From an uncultured virus (IMG/VR IMGVR_UViG_3300034110_000988) (lineage: Duplodnaviria; Heunggongvirae; Uroviricota; Caudoviricetes): a DNA stretch of 64,000 nucleotides. Below, one piece after another: positions 9,773 to 19,489 of the stretch (its first letter is position 1; each line of letters starts with the position of its first letter). Below the pieces are notes generated by a model. The model saw only the letters and a program-made list of their open reading frames with translations, was not told where the DNA came from and made no database searches. The DNA lies in the IMG/VR virus record IMGVR_UViG_3300034110_000988. One strand, 5' to 3'. The position numbers and the translations under genes are program-made.

Positions 9773-9836
9773 CGATAGTTTTTAGTTGTTGACTATGGTA
9801 TAATTAGAAATCTATCAATTGGGAATAGGTTTTGAT

Positions 9837-10925
9837 ATGTTTTATAAATTTCTTACTTTTGTCAAGATATTTTTATACAGCGAAGCCTCTTTTTTTATCA
9901 AAAAAAATACGGCCAACATCTATTTTGTCAAAGCTAAAAATGGCATGAACGCTGAAATTAATATTACTGACCGAACTATGTTTGTTAAAGCATGGTCTGA
10001 TGTAGATTATGTTGCTTTTTATTATTGCACACCTATGCAATCATCAGAGCAATCATTTGATCAGTTTGTGATTGATAATATTAAAAGTTCCATTGTGTTT
10101 ACTTTACCAACTAAACAATTGAACTCGTATGTTGGCATGCACAGTCAGTTCTTTGCACGTTTTAGTACGTCTAGGTTTCCTGTTCTTTTTTTAGGCGGAA
10201 ATATTTCGTCTAAAAACTTAAAAGATGATGAATACACTTATGATTTTAATAAATTAGATGGTGTGCGTTATCCTATTGTTTATTTCACAAAGAAAAAAGT
10301 TATAAAGAATGTTTTTCGATACAATTTGAAGGCTATTAGAAAGAGTGATAAATCAAGAGTACAAAAACTCGCTTATACTGTTGATAACAGTTTGTTTCAT
10401 CTGGCGGATATAGATTCTTTTTATTCCAGCAAAACAACCTCGACTGGTGATCCCAGATTGAACTCTTGGCTGATGAATTTTAATACTAGTGATTTTTATA
10501 AATCATCTGCTAAAACTATTGGCTTGGATAATCAGCTTTTTGAACACAATAAAATAGTGTCTAAACATTTAAATCTTGAAAAAGTGTTGTTGATTAAAAC
10601 AGAAAATAAAGAATTCTGTTTTTTTGAAAAAAATAAAAGACAATTAGTGTTAAGTTATATCACTCAGGATGAAGAAAAAAAGAACATCTTAACCACATAT
10701 ACTTATAATAAAGGGAAAGTTAAGAAAAAAAATAAAAGAACCATTTCAGATGAAGTTAAAAATCATGAACTATCCATTAGTAATATGGTTATGGATAATA
10801 TTGAAACTTTAAAGCTTAAAAACCCCTCTGATACTATTATTCAACTTTTACATACATTGGATATTTCTACAACATTGCCACTTAATCAAGATGATTTACT
10901 CGTATTGGATATGCATAATATATAA
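9837..10925 (+). CDS. hypothetical protein, MxxI C-terminal family
   Basis: Long ORF ending DDLLVLDMHNI. Confidence 0.75.
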   Translation: MFYKFLTFVKIFLYSEASFFIKKNTANIYFVKAKNGMNAEINITDRTMFVKAWSDVDYVAFYYCTPMQSSEQSFDQFVIDNIKSSIVFTLPTKQLNSYVGMHSQFFARFSTSRFPVLFLGGNISSKNLKDDEYTYDFNKLDGVRYPIVYFTKKKVIKNVFRYNLKAIRKSDKSRVQKLAYTVDNSLFHLADIDSFYSSKTTSTGDPRLNSWLMNFNTSDFYKSSAKTIGLDNQLFEHNKIVSKHLNLEKVLLIKTENKEFCFFEKNKRQLVLSYITQDEEKKNILTTYTYNKGKVKKKNKRTISDEVKNHELSISNMVMDNIETLKLKNPSDTIIQLLHTLDISTTLPLNQDDLLVLDMHNI

Positions 10926-10998
10926 TTAGCCAATATTTTGACAATGATTAGTTGATAGTGTTATAATATTAAATATAAAAACAATAATTAATTTCATC

Positions 10999-11652
10999 AT
11001 GAATACAAAAAAAATAATACTTTCAGCAGTGATAACTGCACTTTTTTCTGGTCAATCTATTGCGGCTTATCAAGTTCAATTTGGCAAACAACAAATCAAT
11101 GGTGACAATATTAACTTTGTTAACTCCGGTAAATGGATTCCAGCAGATCCTCTCATGAGTTCATGGACTAATATTGGCACATTAAAAGATTGCACAAATT
11201 GGACGCCTGATCCATCGACTGTTGACACTGGCGTTGTTTTTACACAAAATGCGACAGATTGTAGACAAGACCAAAACAGAACGGTTCAAAACAGAGAGCA
11301 GAATGACATTACACTTAAATTTCGTAATGTTGGTGTAGCCACTGTAGAGAATCAAACAATAGCTAACCAATCAAACAATCGTCCTGCTACTGGCACTAAA
11401 CTTCTTGAAGAGTGTTCATATGTGTATGGAAACACTAATACCATGTCAGCTTGGATTGACAATGATCAAACCAGAGCAATTGATATCTGGTGGAAAGGCT
11501 CTAGAATAATTTCAACGACACCTTCTTCGATTGTGACAACATACACAATAGGTGGCTTTAAATATCAAAGAACAGGTAGTTATATAGACAGGAGCCTTAG
11601 AAACTCAGATAGTTGGTATCGTTACTACAAAATATGTCGTTCACCTAGTTAA
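10999..11652 (+). CDS. secreted Cys/Trp/Thr-rich protein
   Basis: Sec signal peptide (SIA/AY); CTNWTPDPSTV..G..FTQ...C.Q.Q.RTVQ.REQ segment. Confidence 0.75.
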   Translation: MNTKKIILSAVITALFSGQSIAAYQVQFGKQQINGDNINFVNSGKWIPADPLMSSWTNIGTLKDCTNWTPDPSTVDTGVVFTQNATDCRQDQNRTVQNREQNDITLKFRNVGVATVENQTIANQSNNRPATGTKLLEECSYVYGNTNTMSAWIDNDQTRAIDIWWKGSRIISTTPSSIVTTYTIGGFKYQRTGSYIDRSLRNSDSWYRYYKICRSPS

Positions 11653-11655
11653 TAT

Positions 11656-11895
11656 ATGCAAACAATAGAGATCTTTCTAGGTCTTCTTGATGGTAAATTA
11701 ACCAAAAATACTGAACGATTTGACCTTGATATGGTGACTAAACATGAAATGGATATCAGTAATCAAGTGATGACTAATGCTGATTATTTGAAAACTCATT
11801 ATCCATCTGATTTTATTGTTAACCGGCTGAATGAATTTGGTATCTGTTCAGATATTCCACTTAGTCTGGATGATTTGGCGATGTGTGAAATATGA
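11656..11895 (+). CDS. stand-alone copy of the C-terminal domain of 9837..10925, possibly a remnant
   Basis: HEMDISNQVM..PSD.I...L...I...PL..DDL aligns to the C-terminus of 9837..10925. Confidence 0.6.
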   Translation: MQTIEIFLGLLDGKLTKNTERFDLDMVTKHEMDISNQVMTNADYLKTHYPSDFIVNRLNEFGICSDIPLSLDDLAMCEI

Positions 11896-11982
11896 CCACC
11901 TTCTGGTGGTTTTTTCATTGTTATTATTCTCTCCATGTGATAGAATACATTTCTTGAAACCTACCTTGTAATGAGGCATTCC

Positions 11983-12399
11983 ATGATCCGTTTAGCTTCA
12001 GAAGATGACTTAATCGACATTAAACGCATTGCGAATCAAAATCGAGAATTTATCGGCTTTGTCATGAAAGTGGCATTGATGGAAGCTATTCAAAAAAAAT
12101 CATTGCTGGTTTTTGAAAATTCCACTGGTGTGGTTGGTTTTGTTCATTATCATCCACGCAAAGATGGTTGGCATACCGTTCATGAGTTGGCAATTTCAAA
12201 GGGCATACAAGGCCAAGGTATTGGTCAGCAATTATTTGATAGTGTTCCATTGCCAATTCGTTTAAAAACAACCGAAGACAATACAAATGCCTTAAAATTC
12301 TACGCTAAGAATGGTATGACCATTGTCGGTATAGAAAACGGAAAAAAGAGAAAATTAACTGTTTTGGAGAAAACTAGTGGAACAAATCAAAAAGAGTGA
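11983..12399 (+). CDS. GNAT family N-acetyltransferase
   Basis: IRLA..DDL, ELAISK..QGQGIGQQL, N..ALKFY.K.G. Confidence 0.9.
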   Translation: MIRLASEDDLIDIKRIANQNREFIGFVMKVALMEAIQKKSLLVFENSTGVVGFVHYHPRKDGWHTVHELAISKGIQGQGIGQQLFDSVPLPIRLKTTEDNTNALKFYAKNGMTIVGIENGKKRKLTVLEKTSGTNQKE

Positions 12400-12604
12400 A
12401 ATTACTGCATTTGTTATTCGGTGTCTTGAAGAGCTTCCTGATAATCAAATTATTTACAAGACGGTGGTGGCTGAATACACCAAACAACAGTTGATTCTTG
12501 AAATCGAAAATCGTTCTGATGTTGGTTTGATTTACTGTACTGAAGTTTTTCGAGTAGCCCGTGATCTTATTGTTCGGAAAAAAGATACATCCATCTTGCA
12601 TTAA
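12377..12604 (+). CDS. hypothetical protein
   Basis: GGAG RBS, GTG start overlapping the GNAT gene end. Confidence 0.65.
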   Translation: MEQIKKSEITAFVIRCLEELPDNQIIYKTVVAEYTKQQLILEIENRSDVGLIYCTEVFRVARDLIVRKKDTSILH

Positions 12605-12678
12605 ACAATTTAATGCTTGTTGGCATGTTTTGATTGTGGTAGAATAACGTTCTCTTAATCCTTCAAAGGTTTATTCCC

Positions 12679-12996
12679 ATGTCGCCAAGCACTTCTACAG
12701 TTGCCATTGTTCGCAAAAATAATAACCTCATTCGCATTGTAAATATGGCTCTTCGAATGGACCAAAACTATCGCCTGACATCGCCTATGATTGATAGATT
12801 CATTACTGTTTTGCAGTCTGCTGAACATGCATTCAGAGCCGAACCGAGTATTGATTTGGTTGGTGCTTATGCAGAAACTCTTGATTTAATATCCGAAATG
12901 TTGGTTAAAAACGAGATGACTGTCTTGGCTGGCATAATTGTCGAACAGGGGGAAAAGGTTAAAAAAGAATGCCTTGCACCGCTATTTAGTGCTTAA
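12679..12996 (+). CDS. hypothetical protein
   Basis: ORF after promoter-like site. Confidence 0.7.
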   Translation: MSPSTSTVAIVRKNNNLIRIVNMALRMDQNYRLTSPMIDRFITVLQSAEHAFRAEPSIDLVGAYAETLDLISEMLVKNEMTVLAGIIVEQGEKVKKECLAPLFSA

Positions 12997-13050
12997 CATC
13001 TATTCATTTTTTTGCTATAATACACTTATCAAAACACATAGGAAAATTTG

Positions 13051-13476
13051 ATGAAAACTCCAATTGAATCACCGCGTAGCAAAGTCATGGTTGGTTTGAC
13101 CTTTATTGGTGCTTGGAATCACCATATGGACGCCTTTATCAATGATACGGCTGACTTGGAACTTCGTTGTGCCTTGTTTCACTCGATTCATCAAGTCACT
13201 CCTGAACACCACGAAGATGTTCAAACCACAGAAATTGATGGTGCCTTAGATAACTTGAAATCTCAAATTAAGGCGTATTCGAAAGCAGCTATTGAACGTG
13301 CCATTGAGGCTGAAAAACGTCAACTGAAAACTTCGGTTGAGCAATCGTTTGTTGGGATGAACAAACAAGACCCTGCAGGTAGCGTGAAAAGTCTGGCGGC
13401 TCATTATGGTGTGACTATCAGTGAATACCGTAAACTAAAACGTGAAGGTCGCCTTCATGAGTTAAAAACGAGCTAA
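13051..13476 (+). CDS. hypothetical protein, possible C-terminal HTH
   Basis: SVKSLAAHYGVTISEYRKL. Confidence 0.65.
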   Translation: MKTPIESPRSKVMVGLTFIGAWNHHMDAFINDTADLELRCALFHSIHQVTPEHHEDVQTTEIDGALDNLKSQIKAYSKAAIERAIEAEKRQLKTSVEQSFVGMNKQDPAGSVKSLAAHYGVTISEYRKLKREGRLHELKTS

Positions 13477-13553
13477 TACCCAACATCTTCAAATTTCGAA
13501 CAAATAAAAAATCAAGAATTCTAAGGTTCTTGATTTTTTTATCTTCTGGTTAA

Positions 13554-14147
13554 TCAGTATTCGTCATATTCGCCATTATATTTGTCGATGTAGTTAAAAC
13601 AAAAATCATCATTACCTTCTTCTTTTGCTCGTTCTACTTCCATTTTCAAATTATCGATAAACTCACCGAATGTAGCTTGTTGCCAGCCTAGTTCTCTTTC
13701 ATCAGACCAAATCATAAAGACGCCTTTACCATCTTTGCGTAAGTCCATGACCACATAGGCGTCATTGTCTATTAATAATGGAATTATGTGATCGCAGTCT
13801 TCTCTGCTTAGTAAATCTGGACGATCTTCTATCATTAGATAGTTTACAATGTCAAACTCATTTGCTAATTGAATTTCTTCCAACAACATCCATTCACCAT
13901 TCATTACTAGAACACCATCGTAGGTTCTGTAAAACTCAACAACATCATCTGGTAGTTTGTACCCAATGCGATCTTCCAATAATTTAATTCGGTTTTCAAA
14001 TACAAAGTAATAGTCTATATCCAGTTCTGGATCTTTTCTAAATTCATTTAACATGAACTCTCTATATGACCACGGAATAGAATGCCCCATTTTATTAAAT
14101 CTCGATTGTAATTCTCTTATAAAACCAAGCTCTTGTTCAGTTAACAT
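13554..14147 (-). CDS. SMI1/KNR4 (SUKH) family protein
   Basis: IKLLEDRIGYKLPDDVVEFYRTYDG, IIPL, YVVMDL, TFGEFI. Confidence 0.85.
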   Translation of the reverse strand: MLTEQELGFIRELQSRFNKMGHSIPWSYREFMLNEFRKDPELDIDYYFVFENRIKLLEDRIGYKLPDDVVEFYRTYDGVLVMNGEWMLLEEIQLANEFDIVNYLMIEDRPDLLSREDCDHIIPLLIDNDAYVVMDLRKDGKGVFMIWSDERELGWQQATFGEFIDNLKMEVERAKEEGNDDFCFNYIDKYNGEYDEY

Positions 14148-14330
14148 TTTAACACCTCTAATTTCTTATATTATTCATATAATAATACCATAGATAGACA
14201 ATAATACAAACGTCACCTATCACTTTTAAAGAGTGATTGAAAGCCTTTTAATTGTTGTTTTTATGTCTAAAAAAATTGACTTTGATAGTGTTTATTGTTA
14301 TAGTTAAGGATCATTATAGGAGTAGGAGAT

Positions 14331-14714
14331 TTGATAAAATCAAAAAGTAAACAAATTATCAGTGTTCAAGATTGGGACGAATTAGTGATATCAACTTATG
14401 GCCGACCTTATTCTTTCCAGCAGCAAGATGGCTGTAAGGATAGAGGCATATTTTACATCACCATTCCAGATGGTGGCGATGACTATGAGGCTGAATCAGT
14501 TCCCGAAGAAATCAATGGTGATGACATGGGTGTTAGTTTTGCTGCATGGTTAGCCCGCGATCCAGCAGAATGGAATGGTGATCCAAATGACAAGAATTTT
14601 CTTGATTTGTTTTGGGAGCGTAATTTCTATCCAGAAGTGCAAATGATTGCCAATGACTTGCATGCAAAAGGGTTGATTGAAGCTGGCGAATATGGCATTG
14701 ATATTGATTGGTAA
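14331..14714 (+). CDS. hypothetical phage-type protein
   Basis: AGGAG RBS with TTG start. Confidence 0.75.
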   Translation: MIKSKSKQIISVQDWDELVISTYGRPYSFQQQDGCKDRGIFYITIPDGGDDYEAESVPEEINGDDMGVSFAAWLARDPAEWNGDPNDKNFLDLFWERNFYPEVQMIANDLHAKGLIEAGEYGIDIDW

Positions 14715-14795
14715 TTCAAAAATCTAGTTTGACTAAAAGCTTAATGAGAATTAAGCTTTTTTTATAATTTGTTGAAAATAAAACGAAAAAAGATC

Positions 14796-14824
14796 TTGAC
14801 GGTACCGGTCATTTTCTCTATACT
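14796..14824 (+). promoter_or_regulatory. sigma70 promoter of tRNA-Arg/Leu operon
   Basis: TTGACG-17nt-TATACT. Confidence 0.7.
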
Positions 14825-14998
14825 TCTCACATCAAGACGAAACGGAGAAACACAATCTTGCAACAATGAACCAGCACTTCTTGTGAGTGGCAAGTTTCAG
14901 GATAAAGGTCGCGGCCTCCCGATATAACTCATGAGCATGGATAACTACTCGGTGCGGATATAAGTAGAGTAGGCCACTATCATATTAGCAACACCCAT

Positions 14999-15075
14999 GT
15001 CTGCGTAGCTCAGTTGGATAGAGCATCCGCCTTCTAAGCGGATGGTCGCTGGTTCGAATCCAGCCGTAGACGCCA
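14999..15075 (+). tRNA. tRNA-Arg(TCT)
   Basis: GTCTGCG/CGTAGAC acceptor, TCCGC-CTTCTAA-GCGGA, GCCA end. Confidence 0.96.
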
Positions 15076-15092
15076 GCTTTTGTGACATCCAC

Positions 15093-15177
15093 GCCCGAGT
15101 GGTGAAATTGGTAGACGCGGGGGACTTAAAATCCCCTTCCTTACGGAGTGCCGGTTCGAGTCCGGCCTCGGGCACCA
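15093..15177 (+). tRNA. tRNA-Leu(TAA)
   Basis: GGGGA-CTTAAAA-TCCCC, long variable arm, ACCA end. Confidence 0.96.
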
Positions 15178-15211
15178 GATTAACTTTTTGTATTGTTCTT
15201 TGGAGAATTAG

Positions 15212-15535
15212 ATGAGTTCTTTGTATAAGTTTGAAAACAAAGTGGTTGATAAAACCAATAAAGATGAACTTCGTAGTTATTTGGCTAATGCAAAAAAAGA
15301 ATTGTTGAAAGTTCGTTCCTCATGTGGTTTCGATGAATCGGTTAAAATTATTGAAGATCGTTCGCTGACCAAAGTTTCTCTTGTTGGTAGCCACTTTTCG
15401 CTGGCTGTTCGCCACGGTGAACATGCTTATAAGACTACTATCAAGCTGTTTAATAACGGGAGTCTTGTTCAAGAAATTAGTCTTGCTAACCTCTACAATC
15501 CAAAGCTTATTGAGCAATTGAAGGCTTTGGCGTAA
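15212..15535 (+). CDS. hypothetical protein
   Basis: GGAG RBS. Confidence 0.7.
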   Translation: MSSLYKFENKVVDKTNKDELRSYLANAKKELLKVRSSCGFDESVKIIEDRSLTKVSLVGSHFSLAVRHGEHAYKTTIKLFNNGSLVQEISLANLYNPKLIEQLKALA

Positions 15536-15640
15536 GAACTGTTTTAAAGTTCTTGATTTGTTGAAAAGAGATGCTGTTATGTTCCTCAAGCGGTGGTAGA
15601 AGTGCTGACGATTATTCTGCTACACAACAAAATAAACTAT

Positions 15641-15725
15641 GCCCGGTTGGTGAAATCGGTAGACACAGAAGACTTAAAATCTTCCGACGCAAGTCGTGCC
15701 AGTTCGAGTCTGGCACCGGGCACCA
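15641..15725 (+). tRNA. tRNA-Leu(TAA), second divergent copy
   Basis: GAAGA-CTTAAAA-TCTTC, long variable arm, ACCA end. Confidence 0.95.
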
Positions 15726-15792
15726 AATTAAATGCTTTCAATTCCCCTCTTTTTGTGTTATAATCTCTTATCTTTTTTGAGGTTAGAACACC

Positions 15793-16533
15793 ATGTCGCT
15801 AGATTTAGCCAACCACATTGTTGATGTCATCATGGCTTGTGAAGATCCTTCATCGAGTGAGATTGCACTGAAGGTTTTTCAAGACCGTTCAACTTCAATG
15901 TCAGATGTCAAATGTCATAAGTTGGACCGTATAAATCCTTGCCTATCTGGGTATAGTAATTTATTTACATGTCATAATGACATTCCTTTTTATTGCTTAT
16001 TTTCGTTGGATATATCAGTAGATTTGACAACTTTTTTCAAGCTTGTTGCTGACCCATCTCGTTCGGTTTTTGACTCTGGTCAACATTGTATCCAATCAAA
16101 TATTGTATGGTTTCAAACAATAATTAATCGTTTGAAAGATCAATCAGGCAATGCATTGTTTGAAGAACTCTATCAATCAGTCTTGATTGACTTTTCAATT
16201 AAGTTCTCAAGCGATGTCGGAGAAATTCTTTTAAATTTTTCTAAACATTCTCTTTATCTTGGTAAAAATATTCATTTTGAACTTCATTTGGACATGTTTG
16301 GGAATTTAAAATCAGTTAATTTTCGTTCATATACTTACAATGATAATTATCAAACTGACATTATTAAGAAATTTAAACCAGAAAACCAGATCGTAGCTTT
16401 TCATCTATTCTTGTCTTATTATTGTTATCCACTTGTTCATCAAGAGCTTGATAGTTTAATTGATATCTCGATGGAACTTAATGACAACAACTTACATAAT
16501 TATGAAAATATTATGAATATGATTAAAATTTAA
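15793..16533 (+). CDS. hypothetical protein, MxxI family
   Basis: GAGG RBS; ends ENIMNMIKI. Confidence 0.75.
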   Translation: MSLDLANHIVDVIMACEDPSSSEIALKVFQDRSTSMSDVKCHKLDRINPCLSGYSNLFTCHNDIPFYCLFSLDISVDLTTFFKLVADPSRSVFDSGQHCIQSNIVWFQTIINRLKDQSGNALFEELYQSVLIDFSIKFSSDVGEILLNFSKHSLYLGKNIHFELHLDMFGNLKSVNFRSYTYNDNYQTDIIKKFKPENQIVAFHLFLSYYCYPLVHQELDSLIDISMELNDNNLHNYENIMNMIKI

Positions 16534-16534
16534 T

Positions 16535-16900
16535 TCATTTCTTTTTTGACGTTAATTGATGACTCCAATCAATTAATTCATAGAGTTCATTGGCTGGATA
16601 GTTTTTATCTAACCTGACTGTTATCCAGTGTTTTTTGTTCATATGATAAGCTGGCAAAACATAATCCTGACTTCTCATTATGCTATTAAACTCTGGGTTT
16701 CCTTTTACATTTATGATATCTATCAGCCCGTCTTCATTTAAACCTAACTTACGTTTTTCTATGGTCATTATTACGCCATACCATTTATTGGTTTTTTCGT
16801 TTCTTAATACTGCAACACCTGGATGTTTCAAAAACATATACTCTGGTGTCGTGTCGTATTTTTCGCTTACATATTTGAAGATTTCTTCTCTATTTATCAT
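16535..16900 (-). CDS. MmcQ/YjbR family protein
   Basis: KW(Y)G.IM, INVK..PE, LPAYHMNKKHWITV, LIDWS. Confidence 0.92.
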   Translation of the reverse strand: MINREEIFKYVSEKYDTTPEYMFLKHPGVAVLRNEKTNKWYGVIMTIEKRKLGLNEDGLIDIINVKGNPEFNSIMRSQDYVLPAYHMNKKHWITVRLDKNYPANELYELIDWSHQLTSKKK

Positions 16901-17018
16901 CTCTCAACTCCTTTCTTTTTGTTATTTTATTACAAATTTGAAAAAATTCTAGTGACACCTATTGTCTTTTTTGATATACTAGCCACCTATTAAACACATT
17001 CTTATTTGAGGATTACCT

Positions 17019-17270
17019 ATGAAAAAGCTTGAAAGTTTGGCGTTGGACGAAATCAAAAAAAACGCAAGCTCAATCAACACTAACCTTTTTGATGCCAAAA
17101 ATCGTTTGGTTGAAATTAAAAACACGTTGATGCATTGCGATCCAAATTTGAGCAAAGAAGCTCTTACTGATTTCATTAATGCGGCTCAAAAGGCGATTGC
17201 TGGTATTGACAAGGCTTCTGCCTCTGGTACTTTGATTGAGTCTTGGGCTGAAGGATTGTCTGAAAAATAA
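17019..17270 (+). CDS. hypothetical protein
   Basis: GAGG RBS, terminator downstream. Confidence 0.7.
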   Translation: MKKLESLALDEIKKNASSINTNLFDAKNRLVEIKNTLMHCDPNLSKEALTDFINAAQKAIAGIDKASASGTLIESWAEGLSEK

Positions 17271-17397
17271 CATTCTATTATTGACTGATTTTTAACGCCG
17301 CCTTCGGGCGGTTTTTTGTTACTATTGATATTTAAAGCTGGCTATTTAAAATATTTTCAAGTATAATCCATTCATATTCAATATTCGGGAGTTCATT

Positions 17398-17676
17398 ATG
17401 TTTGGTTGCTGCAGTGCAAGGACATTTAAATATATCAGCAAAGAAGGTGTGCTTGATCTTGAAGCATTGAAAAAATTCTTCGGTGACGAAACAGAAGTCT
17501 TTAAAGCCCATGATGGCATCAAGATTAAAATTTTGAAAAAGGTTGAACCTGACAACTTGACTGATGATGAAATGGAAATGGTCTTTGCTCGTAAAGAGCT
17601 GCCTGAAAAAACACTGCGAACGTATCCACTCTGCACATGCCCTTGTCATGTTGAAGGCACAATGGTTGATTGCTAA
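17398..17676 (+). CDS. Cys-rich hypothetical protein
   Basis: GCC...CTCPCH...C; GGAG RBS. Confidence 0.7.
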   Translation: MFGCCSARTFKYISKEGVLDLEALKKFFGDETEVFKAHDGIKIKILKKVEPDNLTDDEMEMVFARKELPEKTLRTYPLCTCPCHVEGTMVDC

Positions 17677-17775
17677 ACTATCATTGTTATCAATAAGGAG
17701 CTTAGGCTCCTTTTTTGTTGCTTTTTTTATTACCTTATGTTATAGTTTTCACCTAATTAACTATAAGGAATATTT

Positions 17776-18090
17776 ATGAATACAGTTGCTCAAACCCTTG
17801 CTAAATTCCAAGCTGGCTTTAATCCAGAAGCCGCTGCTGGTAACGATTATATCTTCCAATTTAATGTCACTGATGACAAAACTTACTGTCTCAATATCAA
17901 AGACGGCCAGTGTACCGCTTCCGAAGGTGTGAATGAAGACGCCAACGTAACTTTGGTGACTGACTCCGCTACTCTGATGGCGATGTCGGATGGCTCTCTT
18001 GATGGTATGCAGGCTTTCATGAGTGGTAAACTGCGTATTGAAGGCGATATGATGCTGTCACTGAAACTCAATGAGATGTTCTCTAAATAA
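17776..18090 (+). CDS. SCP2 sterol/lipid-binding domain protein
   Basis: FNPEAAAG..YIFQF, DGMQAFMSGKLRIEGDMML.LKL. Confidence 0.92.
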   Translation: MNTVAQTLAKFQAGFNPEAAAGNDYIFQFNVTDDKTYCLNIKDGQCTASEGVNEDANVTLVTDSATLMAMSDGSLDGMQAFMSGKLRIEGDMMLSLKLNEMFSK

Positions 18091-18100
18091 GGAACATTTT

Positions 18101-18514
18101 ATGCCTATTTCATTAGTTCATGTGGTCGAAATCAACCATCAATCAGTTAGTTTATTTAAAATTCATCAATTGACAACGGCATTCATTGCCAATCAAATCA
18201 GAGTGGTTTCTAAACCCTTTAATGGCACTATTGATGAACTGTACAATGGTATGGGTGATATGTTGATCGGACGTACTAATTTGGCGGCGAAAGCTCAAGC
18301 AGTGGCTTTTGGTCAAAGTGAAAATCTTAATATTGAAGCGGGTAACTATGGTTATGCTGTTTCTTGTTTTGATATTACTGTTACCTTGACAGAGAATGTG
18401 ACTATTTTGTTAAAATTCTTGAAGCTTGAAGATGCTGAAAAATCGTATATTGAACTGTTGACGGCAGCTTCATTATCTCAAGAAATGCAAGAAAAAACTT
18501 CATTAAGGAAATAA
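18101..18514 (+). CDS. hypothetical protein
   Basis: AGGA RBS. Confidence 0.7.
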   Translation: MPISLVHVVEINHQSVSLFKIHQLTTAFIANQIRVVSKPFNGTIDELYNGMGDMLIGRTNLAAKAQAVAFGQSENLNIEAGNYGYAVSCFDITVTLTENVTILLKFLKLEDAEKSYIELLTAASLSQEMQEKTSLRK

Positions 18515-18517
18515 TAA

Positions 18518-18802
18518 ATGACAAACAAACTTCCACTCCACATAGCTGTTGATATAACACCTACTCCCCCTACTTCAATTGAGCTTGGTGATTTGCAGGT
18601 AGGTGATTTCGTAAAGGTCGCTACTGGCATTCATGGTCACGGTAGTGAAGCCTTTTGGGTAGTTCTAGAAACAGTTGATGACAATAAACTTTCAGGTATT
18701 ATTAACAATGAGTTGAAATTTACTCAACATCATGGCTACGCTTCTGGGCAAAAAATATTTTTTGATATTAGTTATGTTGTAAACTTTATTTATCAAGATT
18801 AA
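18518..18802 (+). CDS. hypothetical protein, DUF2314-like
   Basis: VKV...E.FWV....G.INNE pattern. Confidence 0.55.
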   Translation: MTNKLPLHIAVDITPTPPTSIELGDLQVGDFVKVATGIHGHGSEAFWVVLETVDDNKLSGIINNELKFTQHHGYASGQKIFFDISYVVNFIYQD

Positions 18803-19003
18803 GCCGCCTTCTGGCGGTTTTTTGTTTCTCTAATTGATTAAAAATCAATTTTGTGTTATTATCAAGCAATATTGTAAACGTTGTGATGATTGGGCTTGCT
18901 GTCGTTGTTGGTGGTCTTATTGGGGCTGCATTCTTTTAACTGTATTGCTTTGTGTTATATATTTATATAGTTACATACAATTAAAATAAAATAGGAGTTG
19001 TTT

Positions 19004-19417
19004 ATGCCAAACATTGCGTTTGCTGCTGCTTATCTTGACCCTGAATCGAATGATATTATCACTTCATTGGGTTTTCAAAAAGAAGATTTTCATTTGACTA
19101 CTTGTATTGATTTGTCAGGTGCAATTAATGAAATGCCTGTCTATGGGTTTCAGCCCAAAACTGCAGTGGTGAAAGCAGTTACTGAATGGCCTGTTCGTGG
19201 TGGGGTTTTTCTGGTGGCCGAAATGGTTGAGTGTGAGTGGAGTGCTTACATCAATAAAGTCTTAAAAGCCTATGGTGCTGTTGAGGATGTTCCACACAAC
19301 CCACACATTACGTTGCTTAAAACAAATGCCGAAGGCACCAGTCATTTGTATCAAAGCTTGGTGGGAAAAAAGTTCAGTTTTAATCGCCATGTTATTAAAC
19401 GAAAAGAAATTACATAA
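19004..19417 (+). CDS. 2H phosphodiesterase, Acb1 (T4 gp57B)-like
   Basis: Two HxT motifs (FHLTTC, PHITL); W...G..LV and GA..D...PHITL spacing like Acb1. Confidence 0.75.
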   Translation: MPNIAFAAAYLDPESNDIITSLGFQKEDFHLTTCIDLSGAINEMPVYGFQPKTAVVKAVTEWPVRGGVFLVAEMVECEWSAYINKVLKAYGAVEDVPHNPHITLLKTNAEGTSHLYQSLVGKKFSFNRHVIKRKEIT

Positions 19418-19489
19418 TACTCAGCAATAGCCTTTTAATAATTGTTGTATTGTGCTATAATCCAACATTATCATTTTATGAGGTGTCGC

